From Owenia fusiformis (taxonomy: Eukaryota): a stretch of 64,000 nt of DNA. The stretch spans positions 29,512,001-29,576,000 of the forward strand of contig CAIIXF020000001.1 in NCBI GenBank assembly GCA_903813345.2, in the 5' to 3' direction. Below the pieces are notes generated by a model. The model saw only the letters and a list, made by a program, of their open reading frames with translations. It had not been told where the DNA came from and made no database searches. Within the stretch, counting starts at the first letter, position 1; each line of letters begins with the position of its first letter. A program made the position numbers and the translations under genes. Below, piece by piece: positions 25,201 to 36,690 of the stretch.

Positions 25201-25589
25201 TATGTATATGAAGAGATAAAAACATTGCTTTTTATGAAGAAGAATAGCATAGGAATGTTCAGTTTTCATCTGTATGCTCCCTGCACAAACTTACCTTTTC
25301 ATTGTTTCCAGAGAATTTACTTTGAACACAGTCAACGGAGTCAGCATCTTTAGTATCAGCACTTCTTGGAACTAAAACAAAAAAGTGTATTTTAAGAAAT
25401 ATTTAAAATTTAACTACCTGTATTTTAGATGCAATTGAAAGTATTAGTGAGCTCTTGCACCAAGCCCTTGATGGAGAATATATAACAGGTAGACTAGAAC
25501 TTTATGCACCAAGCAAAGCAACCCTGTGAATTAATACACTTACCAAAAAATGGATTTTTGAATCCCTTTTTGGGCTTCAATGCAGCCAT
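16285..25589 (-). CDS. ZCWPW1: Zinc finger CW-type and PWWP domain protein (ZCWPW1-like), ~1280 aa, 17 coding exons
   Basis: Exons (minus strand) 25589-25544, 25371-25295, 24921-24685, 24447-24336 (GC donor), 23339-23139, 22980-22845, 22670-22540, 22233-22153, 21928-21821, 21450-21324, 20867-20783, 20393-20286, 20067-19984, 19382-19298, 19035-18847, 18553-18449, 18221-16285. The joined frame is continuous (3849 nt). zf-CW: GTWVQCSERNCMKWR...WTC...SC. PWWP: GSLVWAKMDGFPYWPAMVEIDPD...YHVVFFDDKVTRAW. The long N-terminal region and adjacency to MEPCE favour ZCWPW1 over ZCWPW2. Confidence 0.88.
16460..17400 (-). repeat. Coding tandem repeat in ZCWPW1 last exon: ~4 x 66-bp (22 aa) then ~8 x 78-bp (26 aa) units
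   Basis: Units SQDFDNLSQNSGKSVRSKIDQE and SQDFDNLSQKSGKSERSKAKQELSQE. DNA period 78 confirmed (e.g. 16751 vs 16829). Confidence 0.95.
21053..21212. mobile_element. Short TA-flanked CAGTAAAACC-type MITE (Tc1/pogo-like), intronic
   Basis: TACAGTAAAACCTGT...ACAGGTTTCATTGTA. Related sequences lie at ~24020-24122, 26355-26535, ~45270-45445, ~52450-52555 and 55393-55852. Confidence 0.65.
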
Positions 25590-26354
25590 CGTTGAGTGCT
25601 ATATGTGATGTACTGTTAAATGCTTCTTCTACATGTACATATTCAACCTGAATACAGAAGAATAACAAAACATAACAAAAACATAAAGTTTCAAATACAC
25701 CAGACATGCACAATTTTCAGAAAATCAACATTGAGACAAAATCATATCTTGAGATTCATAAGAAATTTAGAATGAAATTCCAAAAAAGTTAAATGAATGT
25801 CTCCTTTAATATTTTAATTGAAAAACTAAGAATAGGCAATGGTAAAACACCTACTAAAACATCAGATAACTAAAATTCCAGGCCAGCTCTCTGAGCAAGA
25901 ACACCTCAAAGTAAACGCTGTACGAAGTTCCTTGAATGAATTCTCAAGAAATCATTCAGACAGCAGAATGATCAGTCAAGAGCAATGCATGACATGTGAT
26001 TTCAAAGTCGAATATTTAATAATGAGTTGAAAGAGAGAGATAAGATAACTGTTAAACATGTGAATGGAAAAAAATGATCAGCTTACACTTTTCTGGGGAG
26101 GTTTCTAAGATTGGACTTATGAGAACACCTGAAAGCACTGTGTGTGATTGCATTGAACGCATTTCCATGAAAATATCACTCAGAAGGTGCAGCCATACCT
26201 AAAGATGGCTTAAAGGTTGTTGGATTCCTCACTAATGATCTCAACAAAATGCAGCTTAACAAGAAGCTAAGAATGTGATGGGATCAAAAATGATGTGTAA
26301 CCTTTTGGTTGACACGAAAATCTTACATTTTCTTTTCTTTCAAAAGTGGAGCAT

Positions 26355-26535
26355 ACAGTAAAACCTGTCTTAGTGAACACCTCTCTCTAGTGAACACCTG
26401 TCCCTAGTGGACACCCTTCCTACGCACATAGTCCACTGACTTCTGTATAAATTACCCTCTCTCTAGTGAACACCTACCTACAGTGAACATTTTTTCTTGG
26501 CAAAAAAATGTTCACTATACACAAGTTTTACTGTA
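26355..26535. mobile_element. Short TA-flanked CAGTAAAAC-type MITE
   Basis: TACAGTAAAACCTGT...ACAAGTTTTACTGTA, with internal repeated TAGTGAACACC motifs. Confidence 0.75.
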
Positions 26536-26767
26536 TATTTTAATTGACAATAACAAGAAGAATATTGAATGTTATGTAACAAATTTAGTTCCACATTGTC
26601 ATCTATAGATTGTTGTTTCTGTACATGAAAAATGAAGCTGATTACAGATATGTATTAAATACAGAAATTATTTCTTTTTTGGAGGGTTCTGTTTTTTTGA
26701 GTCACCCTATATAGTCCCGGCACTGGGTAAGTAAGTACCATATGCTTATCTTATATTGGGTTAGGTC

Positions 26768-27599
26768 CACAGGCTGGTATCGAAAGATTTGTCCGCTGTG
26801 ACGGAGCATGCTATTTTTCATAAAAACACTAAGAATGCTTCACGATTTATTTTTTTAACTCATATGTTTCGTTATATCAAAGATAATTACTTACTCCATG
26901 CAATGGATATATCATTTGCGTGTAACATTCATTTCTATTTGAAGTCCAATAACGTTGGGAGTAAAATCTATTGAAAACGGCGCCAGAGTATCAAACTCTA
27001 AAATGTACCATTTCTTTTTTAACTTTTTAATGGCATAATATAGTGACACTATAATATTAACATATGTCTTCAGCATAACTCTGAATGTATTAATGAGATA
27101 TTAATGCATTGGGTCTTTTTAATTTTTTTATAAAAAATAATATTAATATTTTTTGTCCGCTGTGACGGAGCATTTCTACAGTTCACATTTGCAACTGCTC
27201 CGTCACAGCGGACAAAAAAATTAAACATTATTTTTTATAAAAGAATTAAAAAGACCAAATACATCAACATCTCATTTATACCTTCATAGTTATGCTGAAA
27301 CCATGTGTAAATATTATCATGTCACTATATCGTGCCATTAGAAAGTTAAACAAGAAATGGTACATTTTGAAGTCTGATACTCCGGCGCCATTTTCAATAG
27401 CTTTTCTTCCCAGCGTAATTGGACTTCAAACAGAAGTGAAAGTTACCCGCAAATGATGTATCCATTGCATGGAGTAAGTAATTTTGTATGGTATAACGAA
27501 ACATATGAGTTAAAAAATAAATCGTGAAGTATTCTTAGTGTTTTTATGAAAAATAGCATGCTCCGTCACAGCGGACAAATATTCCGATACTAGCCTGTG
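26768..27599. mobile_element. 832-bp almost fully palindromic non-autonomous element, CAC...GTG ends, 5-bp TSD (Transib-like)
   Basis: CACAGGCTGGTATCG / CGATACTAGCCTGTG termini, with AGGTC duplicated at 26763-26767 and 27600-27604. The ~400-bp arms meet near 27185. The motif TTTGTCCGCTGTGACGGAGCA occurs twice per arm. Confidence 0.9.
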
Positions 27600-27629
27600 A
27601 GGTCAGGACACACAACATCCATTGATATG

Positions 27630-27780
27630 AATCCCGATGGTCTGAATGACCGAATCTCATTGGTCTGAACCCCCATTGGTCAAAATCCAAATCGTCTGAG
27701 TCCCATTGGTCCAAAACCCAATGGTTCGAATCCCAATGGTCTGAATCTCATTCATCCAAATCCCATTAATGCGAAACCTA
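27630..27780. repeat. Degenerate short-period tandem repeats (AATCCCAATGGTC(T/C)G-like)
   Basis: Repeated CCCATTGGTC/CCCAATGGTC units. Reverse-complement-like units lie at ~28475-28540, so these are probably the two subterminal regions of one interrupted element. Confidence 0.55.
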
Positions 27781-28039
27781 CTGATCAAAAACTTAACAAT
27801 CGCAATATGATTTTCCAAGGGACCACAGGGAAAAATCATAATAAAAAGACTTTGCGTAAAATTTTACATTTAGTTTTATGTGCAGATAAGTTTATGGTTA
27901 CGGCAAACACAACAAGGTATTAACATACAAAATGTCACTAGCTGCCATTTGTTGCAGATGCCAACCACCAAACACCATTCACAAAAGCTGGAGATCTTAC
28001 CAGAAGTTGTGACACATTCTGAAGTTCAAATGCTAAACA

Positions 28040-28402
28040 ACCTTTTATCAAGACATCCAAACGAAATGCGTTCGTTTTTTTTCGGTGTTTGGTTTTGTGC
28101 TGTATTGGTGATCACTTTTTTGCGCAATCGCATTCATGAAAATAGCATTTTAAACGGTACGGTATCCGCGTGAAAAGTCCAAATGAAATGCGTTCGTTTT
28201 TTCTGCGTTCGGTTTTGAGCTGTATCGGCGCCGGTGATCCCTTTTTTGACGTTTTTCTACAGGAATATTTTTGCTTGACAATACTCAGGTAAAATGCGTA
28301 TTTGCGTGACATATTCTGTCACGCAAAAAAAAATGGTGTGACTTTAAATTTTCCAGCAAATGCGTGACAAATACGAAAATTGCGGGACAGTTGGATGGCC
28401 TG
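28040..28402. mobile_element. End of a dispersed hAT-like element (second copy at ~54690-54925)
   Basis: GGTAAAATGCGTATTTGCGTGACA...AAATGCGTGACAAATACG...GCGGGACAGTTG...GGCCTG is shared by both copies. The terminus reads CAGGCC on the minus strand. Confidence 0.65.
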
Positions 28403-28599
28403 CTATTGACTCTAGTTCACGGTGTTCCAGATGGAATTACTTCTTGCCAAGAATTGGCTAAAGACTCGAGTAAGTTCAGACGATTGTGATTCGAACAATT
28501 GGGATTTAGACGATTGAGATTCGGACCAATGGGATTGGGTCAGGCTGTGCACGGCTTGTATGGAAAATTGGTCAGAGTCCTCATGAGTTCTAAGCTCTT

Positions 28600-29100
28600 T
28601 TCTACATGAGTCTTACTACATTTTGATAAGTGATCCATTTTACTTAGACTAACAGAAAACAAACAGAAACACGTCATGAATTTGAATTTCCCGCCATGAC
28701 TGAGATTTATTTGAAAGTTGAAGGCGACACTTTAATAAACTATTTTGAAATAAAATACAGTTTTGCATGCGTGGCAAATGTTCTTGAATACCTTAGGGGA
28801 TAAATGAACGTCGTTACCTTGTGTAGTAACACCTAAATCACTTGAAAAGCAGACGAATGTACCACATACTTACTCTGGTTGAGTTTTTCCCACAATGCTC
28901 CTTGCAGACTTTCAGCTTTGTTGATTAAAATAAACTGAACTAGTTAATGTTTAGTGTTCCAGTAACATAGCTCTACATCTATTGTTATTTTACTATCAGT
29001 GTACCATATCGTATTGTTTAAGTTACCGAACTGAATAGCATTGGGTTTCTGCTTATTTTTATTAAACAACAGGTTGATTGAGCTAGTTCAATAAATGTTA
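28600..29100. promoter_or_regulatory. Probable bidirectional promoter region between ZCWPW1 and MEPCE
   Basis: Unique sequence between two divergent genes. It contains CACGTCA (28670-28676) and TTTGAA directly followed by E2F-like TTTCCCGC (28681-28694), plus a minus-strand donor GTAAGT at 28873-28868 and a plus-strand acceptor at 29071-29072. TSSs cannot be determined. Confidence 0.45.
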
Positions 29101-29499
29101 TGACCATTCTATTCTGGCGCTTGCGCACAAACGAATTGAACAATCGTTCAATGCACGGAGGCAACCTTTGAAAAAGTACCGCAATTTCAACGGATAATCT
29201 TTAAATTCAGCCATATTCATGATAAATCTTACCATGGAATTGAAAGACAATGGAGAGATGTATATTTTTGGCAGGTTTGAATGAATAGATATTCTACTAA
29301 AGGACTGGATTATCGACTTGAAAAGTGACCTTCCAAAAGGCAAACCTCTAGGAAATAGTTCACTGGCACATATCTAGATGGCGCAACACGTCCCATAATA
29401 AACATAACCACGTGTTGACATACAGGACCTTGCTTCTGCATGGTTTGGCAGCTAGTTGCAGAGACTTTATAAACTACTTTAATCACTTATTCACAGACA

Positions 29500-32400
29500 A
29501 TGAGTGTCGACGTTAAAACACCAACTAGAACTCAATTTGAGCATGCTGAATTCCATTGTGGAGAAAAAATGGAAACGTCTGAAACAAGTGTTACAACAGA
29601 AGAACTCCGTGCGTCTGTTGAAAAGTTTACTACAGCAGTACAGCAACATAAAGATGCATCACATGGAAGCAAACAAAATGTTAAACAAAACTTACAAAGA
29701 CAAATGTCTGCTCCTTTTTGTCATCTGAACAACTCTCAGAAAAAGCGAAGATATTCGCAAAGTAATCAACACTTCAAAAGAAGGAAATACAGTAACAAAG
29801 AAAAAATGGTGTTACCTACTCGATTTTTACTTGGTGGGAATATCAATGACCCTCTTAATCTAAACAGCATGATTGATGATAAGGAGGTGAATAGAAAAAT
29901 GAATGCTGAAACTCCACAATCATCACCATTACCACCACCATTACATAGACAAAACATTGAGGTTAGAATGCCAACAAACATTAGTGACCCATTAAACCTT
30001 AACAGTGGAGATGACATTCTAGTTTCACCAAAATCTGGTAGTAAGAAAAAGAAACGTAATAAAAGTCGTAAAAAATCCTCAATGGATGATAATACCACAC
30101 CATGCCAAGATGATTCATTACAAAATGAACTATTTGTTGACACAGAAACACCTAACAAAGCAACAGTAAGAAAAGATGAAATTGTATCACCTGTTATTCC
30201 ACAAGCTTCTCCCAAGGCACGTCGCAAGAAACATCATAGTAGTGGAGATGGAAGACCTGAGCCAAGTAGCATTGTATCAAGAAGCCTTCTGAGGGAGGAC
30301 TCCAACAAATCAGAAAGCAAGACCCAACAACAAAAGTCAAGTCAAAAGAAAGGAAATAAGTTTGTATATGGTAACTATAATCGTTATTATGGATATAGGA
30401 ACCCTCACTCGGAAGAGGATAATAGACTCAACTTGATGAAGTCAAGGTGGTTCGAAGATATGGATGTCTTGGACATTGGATGTAATGTTGGACATATTAC
30501 TCTGTCTATAGCTAGAGATTTCAAACCCAAGAAAATAACAGGGATAGACATAGATAGTAATCTTATATCCATCGCAAGGAAAAATATCAGACATTATATC
30601 TCTAAGGAAAAGCATGGTGCTAGTGACTACCCTGTGTCAATGTCTGTTTGTTATGGACCACTTGCTGCTCCTAAGGTGCCTATTGCAGAATCCCCCGGAT
30701 ACCCTAACAATGTCATGTTTGTTCAGGTATGATTCAAAGTTTTGCATGAATCAAACCATCCAACACAGGAGTCCAGACATAAATATCATTCATTTTGCCC
30801 TTGTCTCGGTTAGATGTTGGACTCCTTAGTTGGAGGATAAACCAAATTGATACTTAAATCAAATTCAAACTGGTCTTGGTCTCACTACAGTTAATGATAA
30901 AAAAGATGGAATCATGAACATGAAAGATGTCCTAGATTTTAAATAATTAGCCTGCCTTCCATTTAGATAAAATTTTAAATGTCTTCTATTTCTATTTTTG
31001 TCAATATAACTTGTTCAATGTTTCACTAAAAATTGAAAAACTGAAAAGTGGAAGTATAGGACACGTAGGAGAACAGAGATTTTTAATTTTTGAAATGGGT
31101 CTAGTATTAAAATCAAAAGTTCAAAACCAATATTTTTGCCTGTCCATCTTGTATCATGTTTTTAACCTTTTCTGCTGTACCAGACTGCTAATTTAATGCA
31201 TATTGCTTATTTCTGTTCAAACAATTTATTTCCAGGGGAACTACGTGCTAGAGAGTGACGAACTATTAGATCTCCAGAAAGAAGAATATGACATTATCAT
31301 GGCCCTCAGCATTACCAAGTGGATACATCTTAATTGGGGAGATGCAGGAATGAAACGCTTCTTCAAACGTATATCTAGGCAGCTGCGACCAGGTGGACGT
31401 TTCATCTTAGAACCGCAGGCATGGGCGTCATATAAGAAGAAAAACACATTGACAGTAAGACTTACGTGTGACTTTCTAAAAATTTTATTTCATTTGCTTA
31501 TCTTGACTATCATATTGTATGACAGTAAATTATGCATTTCTCTGTATGTACAGTATGTGGTAGATCTTATACTTTATCTTTATATCAATGTGATTTGAAG
31601 AACAAGAAATATTCATCTATAATGATTTCGAGTGGTCATTTTTACTAATATATCATGACAGTATGCTCCCTTAGTTTTTATGTCACCACCAGAAGTAGTG
31701 ACATATTGTTTGTTATAGTCTCCAACTTTTTTTACTGTTGGCAGTTGGCATCTGTAACAAATGGCAGGTGATAACATTTTGCATGTTATTGCCTTGAATC
31801 ATTCTGACTTAGTTTTTCAAAAAGTTGAACAAAATAGACCGCTTATTTTATCAAATCTAATAAATTGATAAATTATTATAGTACCACATACTGAGCAGGA
31901 ACTGATGACAAAAACATGCTTTAATTACCAATTGACTCCTTGTTGCTATGAGCAAATAGGTTCGGGTTAAAGTCAACTTGCTCTCTTAGTTATTAAGCAA
32001 AATGATAGGTGTTCTGTCTTACTTGAGCAGTTTTATGACAGATCACATGTCTAATATGAACATTATTATTAGAATTTAAGTGTACACAATGTCAGGATGT
32101 TCATATTAGCAGGGTTTCAAGAGATAACATTGGATCTAGGGGTGATATAGATTAGACAGAATACTCATGTTATTGCTTCATATATTGTTGGCTTAGTGCC
32201 TGTTGAAGTAAAATGCACTTACAATAAGTAAATTAAAAGGGCTCTAGATTCCTGGGTCCATTGCTCTAGGATCTAGGTCATATCATTCATGTAGTTGTAA
32301 TTTGTTGGTTCTGCATCATGGAAAACTGGTATTAGGAATACAATACCTTAATATTTTGCAGGTTAATCAGTGATCTCCACAGGATTTTTTCTCAAGTGGA

Positions 32401-34061
32401 AAGTGGGTGTAAAATTCTCATTTTCACAGTACAGACTAAAATTGGTCAAAATACGCTAATTTTTCATGATTTTTCTCATTTTCAAGTGGGTGCAAATGGA
32501 TTCTCAAGTGGGTGCAAGCCTATTTTCAAATTCTCATGTGGGTGCTATGCCCACTTGCTTTAATGCTGGGGAGATCACTGTTAATTATACGGGAAAATGT
32601 TTCCAAATTGTAGAGCAAAAATAGGTATATTGGGTTGCTGAAATATCTGTTACTGTTAACACAATTCCATATCCTCACGAGTGTTTTGCACACCTTGTTC
32701 TTGTTTACATTTAGACTGACTAGTTCAAGTAGTGGATATTTCTTGTTCATTTTCTCCAATACAATGCCATCTATATCCTTACACTTATTTTCAGGAGACG
32801 ATCCAAGAGAATTACAAGAACATTAAATTCAAGCCTGAACAGTTCACAGAATACTTACTCTCAAGAGAAGTTGGTTTCTCTACCTGTGAAACATTGGATG
32901 TACCCTTTAACAAGTCTAAAGGTATGAAACATTTTCAACAAAACTTAATTTTTTAAGATTGAACATCATTAGAGCCACAATGTGGTTATAAAGCAATGAA
33001 ATAATTCATCAAAGGAAGCTATTTTTCTAAGCGTGACCATTTTCAAGTCATGGATGATTGACCATTCATGAGCAGTTATACCTCGATAAAATCATGAACA
33101 TTCTATTAATCTATTGATTAAAATTGGACAGATTTTCATGAAAAAACCTTTGGAGAGATCTAACTGTATCACTCAAATTATTGTTTTGATTTCATCAGTT
33201 TACAACTCAACAGTCAACATAATATTATGATGTAACTGTTAAATAAAAATGTGCATGTATACGGTAGATATTTAATATCTCAATCTTACTATGAAAAAAC
33301 TGATTAGTTTCCATGATTCCAAAAAATCTCTTTCCAAAAATTTAACTATGTGTAACATCTCGATTATTTCAGGGTTCCGTAGATCCATGTTGATGTTCAG
33401 AAAGACCGACACAGCATTCAATACTCCTATGGACACCCCATATGGCTGGGGTACCCCTATAGGTCTGAGACCAGACACCCCTCTCAGACACCTCAAGAAG
33501 CAAAGGTTGGACACTCCTGATAAAAACACACCCACTGAGATGGAGATGTTTGGTTGGGGTACTCCAGTAGGCTTGAGACCTGACACCCCTTCTACACCAG
33601 TAGTAGGTGCCATTTCAGGTACTAACACCCCTGATAGTAGAGAGCCCCCTGGCTGGGCCACACCTGATGAACCTGATACCCCTTTTAGTCCACCTGCCTT
33701 GATAGCTTCACATGGAATACTAAATGGACTGCAGAGTATTCCGGAGAACACTACCAGTGCCCCTATTGGTCAGAATAATAGTCCCAGTCCCCTTATTGGT
33801 CAGGACAATAGTGCTAGTAATCCTAATGGTGAAGACAATAGTGCCAGTAATAATATTGATGAGGACATCAGTGCCAGTATTCCTATTGGTCAGGAAAGTA
33901 ATGCAAGTGCGAATATCAGTCAGGAAAATGATGCAAGTGTGAATATTGGTCATGACATTAGTGCCAGTGCTCCTACTGGTGAGGACAATAGAGCCGATAC
34001 CCCTACTACTCACCCAGAAACCAGCACACTTGCAATTCCAGCCTTTGAGAAGAATGATTAA
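29500..34061 (+). CDS. MEPCE: 7SK snRNA methylphosphate capping enzyme (Bin3-type methyltransferase), ~753 aa, 4 coding exons
   Basis: Exons 29500-30726, 31236-31454, 32795-32921, 33373-34061 join in frame (2262 nt). Motifs [84 protein letters not shown] and SKGFRR. Confidence 0.96.
31676..31790. mobile_element. Miniature HINE-like repeat (second copy ~34658-34785)
   Basis: Both copies share TTTTATGTCACCACCAGAAGT.gTGACAT...TCTCCAACT...TGTAACAAATGGCAGGTG. The 34658 copy has the matching inverted GGTGGTGATAT. Confidence 0.55.
33755..33995 (+). repeat. Coding 30-bp (10 aa) degenerate tandem repeat, ~8 units, in the MEPCE C-terminus
   Basis: [80 protein letters not shown]. Confidence 0.85.
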
Positions 34062-35628
34062 TGTACATGTAATTCATTTATTCAGTCTTTCTTGGTAGCA
34101 TGTCAGTACCAAAAAGATAATATCCTTTATAAGCATAATTAATCATGTGCTTTACATTAATGTGCTTTGCAAATTCATGTGATTTTTTCATACATTCGAT
34201 TGTATTGTAATTTCCCAACTATGCCAATGTTCAATATACAGGCTTTATATTTTGATATAAAACTATGGTGAATGGTTTGATCAAGTTTAGTGAATGCCCC
34301 TGTAACATGTTTGGACCATGTGAGCTTAAAAGCTGCAGAATTATTATGCAATTATTTTTATATTGATCAGGCATTGTGCATTGTGTGCTTCAGATTAATA
34401 GACATTGTATGTATCAATTGATCCAGATATTTTAAAAAGAGGATGAGGTACATGTTCAACTTTTCTTCAAGAATATTGATCTCCATGGATGGTCTTTATA
34501 ACTAGCTTTACAAAAGAGATTTGAGGATTGTTCTCAAAATGACATCTTTTCTGATCTCATTTCAATAGGCATATTCAGTCCCTCAACAATCCACTTCATA
34601 ACAATGTCCAAAGGTTCCAAATAATAGGTCATTTAACCAAAGATACAGACAGTGCAACTTTTTATGTCACCACCAGAAGTGTTGACATCTTGGTATTGTC
34701 TCCAACTGTTTGTGGATGGTGTTCAACAGTCGGCATTCAGCGACCAGTGTCTGTAACAAATGGCAGGTGGTGATATTTTCCATGCCATTTTAAAAGATAT
34801 CAAGGGCTCTCTACATAGAACTACATGTAGTTAAAGTGGCTCAGTCTAAACTAAAAAGTCTAATCCTTATCCTAATTTCTTTTATATAAATAAAGCCATG
34901 GAATGTAAAAATCAAAATAAACTGTTTTGAGTCTGTCAAACATCATGTATTGAAAGCAATGTCCTTTAAGATATTGACATTTGAATTAATTAATTAAGCT
35001 GTAATACATATAAAAATAGGTAAGAAAATCTTGCAAAGTTTAATAGTTGCATTGTATTGTATTTTTAATTCAGACTTATCTAAGAATAACAATAAAGTAT
35101 TTTGTTGTACAAATGAACTTCAAATACCAGTTTGTGCTGCTTATTAATTACATAGTTAAGAGTTTGGTTCAACTTTTCCACGGCTAGCAAAGTACACAAA
35201 AGTAACAATCATGAGTTCAGATTTCATGAATTTCAAAAGAAATATTTTAAATTTGAGAAAGAAGTTGGATCTTGCCGTTTTCTATCGTTCTTTCATGCAA
35301 TATTGTCATCCTTGTTTGTTGGTCAAGTATGCCTGCGTCTAGTCCAAGTGCGGATGCCACAAGAAATTTTGTCATCACTTGAATTATATTTTGAATTATT
35401 CAATATTTCTTGTGACAACTTTCAATCTTGAATAAGGTTCCATTGGCATGCACTTCATCGCCCAATTTCAATAGGCAATTAGTTTCTCCAAATCCATCAC
35501 CAAGAGTGGTAATTAATCGCTGATGGCATCCTGTTAAAAGCACAATGAATAATATATGAATTTTAAATAGCTCTGCAAAGTACACTCAATAAAAGCTTTT
35601 ATGTTTACCCTACACATGTCTTGATTAG

Positions 35629-36609
35629 TCAGGTACATTTTCTATGTATTGAGTGTAAAGTATGATCTCCAATTTTCAATGTCTCAGTGCATTTATCTGT
35701 TCTGCTTACAAAGGGGAAGTAAGGATGTAACTTCTTGCAATCAACAACACTTACAGGATATCTCATTGGCATTCTCTTTTTGTGATCAAATTTATTTGAC
35801 TGGCATTGTGTTATTTTGTACCATTTATCCAAAGTTTCCAACGTTTTTCTTGGAGAAGGAAGCCAAAGTGACTCGAATGGTCTAGCCAATAAAGGAAAAA
35901 CATTAGATTTGAGTTGTGAAAAGGCATTCCTTCCATATGTATAATCCCATATATGAGTTTCATTTTCAGAAAAAAAGAAAATATCTAAAAATGGCCAATT
36001 CCACATTTGAGATTTCCTAACACTTGAATACTGGCTTGAGAACTTCCATTGAAAGTTTATTGGGAAATAGTTTCCTGTTGGTCGCCATATTTTGTAAGTT
36101 GGTTGTAGGGACGTTAAAATTTCATAGACCTGTTCCTTTTGCGACAAGTCCATCATCACATCAAGGTCATCATCCCATGGAATAAATCCATGGTGTCTCC
36201 AAGAACCCAACAAAGTACCACCATACATAAAATAGGTCAAATTATTTTTTCGGGTAATTTTATCAAATGTTTCCAAAATGTTGATCATTATTAATTTCTC
36301 AATATCTGTCATCCTTGGATTAAATGGGCAGCCTGAAGTAAGGCAGATAAGTTCTTTTGTTCCATGTTTGAACTCTTGGACCTTTACTGCAACATCTGAT
36401 GTTCTTGCACTTGATCGAATAAGTTCTGCTTTATCTTGTTCATTGACATATTTTTGATGAGTTGAAATAATTACATCTGATGTGTAGTGAACTATACAAA
36501 GCATTCCTAAAATGATTATCATGAAGATAATGATCCTTAACTTGACAGACATATGTCCACAGTAAATGAGTTCATATAAAACTTCACCATTGCTTCTCCT
36601 TACTCTCAT
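35629..36609 (-). CDS. LicD/fukutin/FKRP-family nucleotidyltransferase-fold phosphotransferase, predicted type II membrane protein, intronless CDS
   Basis: 326-aa ORF with YFMYGGTLLGSWRHHGFIPWDDDLDV, WPFLDIFF and VFPL..RPFE.LWLPSP, and an N-terminal hydrophobic segment IIIFMIIILGMLCIV. The true start may be the second Met (MSVKLR). Confidence 0.9.
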   Translation of the reverse strand: MRVRRSNGEVLYELIYCGHMSVKLRIIIFMIIILGMLCIVHYTSDVIISTHQKYVNEQDKAELIRSSARTSDVAVKVQEFKHGTKELICLTSGCPFNPRMTDIEKLIMINILETFDKITRKNNLTYFMYGGTLLGSWRHHGFIPWDDDLDVMMDLSQKEQVYEILTSLQPTYKIWRPTGNYFPINFQWKFSSQYSSVRKSQMWNWPFLDIFFFSENETHIWDYTYGRNAFSQLKSNVFPLLARPFESLWLPSPRKTLETLDKWYKITQCQSNKFDHKKRMPMRYPVSVVDCKKLHPYFPFVSRTDKCTETLKIGDHTLHSIHRKCT

Positions 36610-36690
36610 TCTTGCACAGGTTGTTTTGCTTTGGTGGATTGTCTGTTCAGCACTGTGCTCTGTAGTCTGTACCCTCAGACTGTTTATTTA

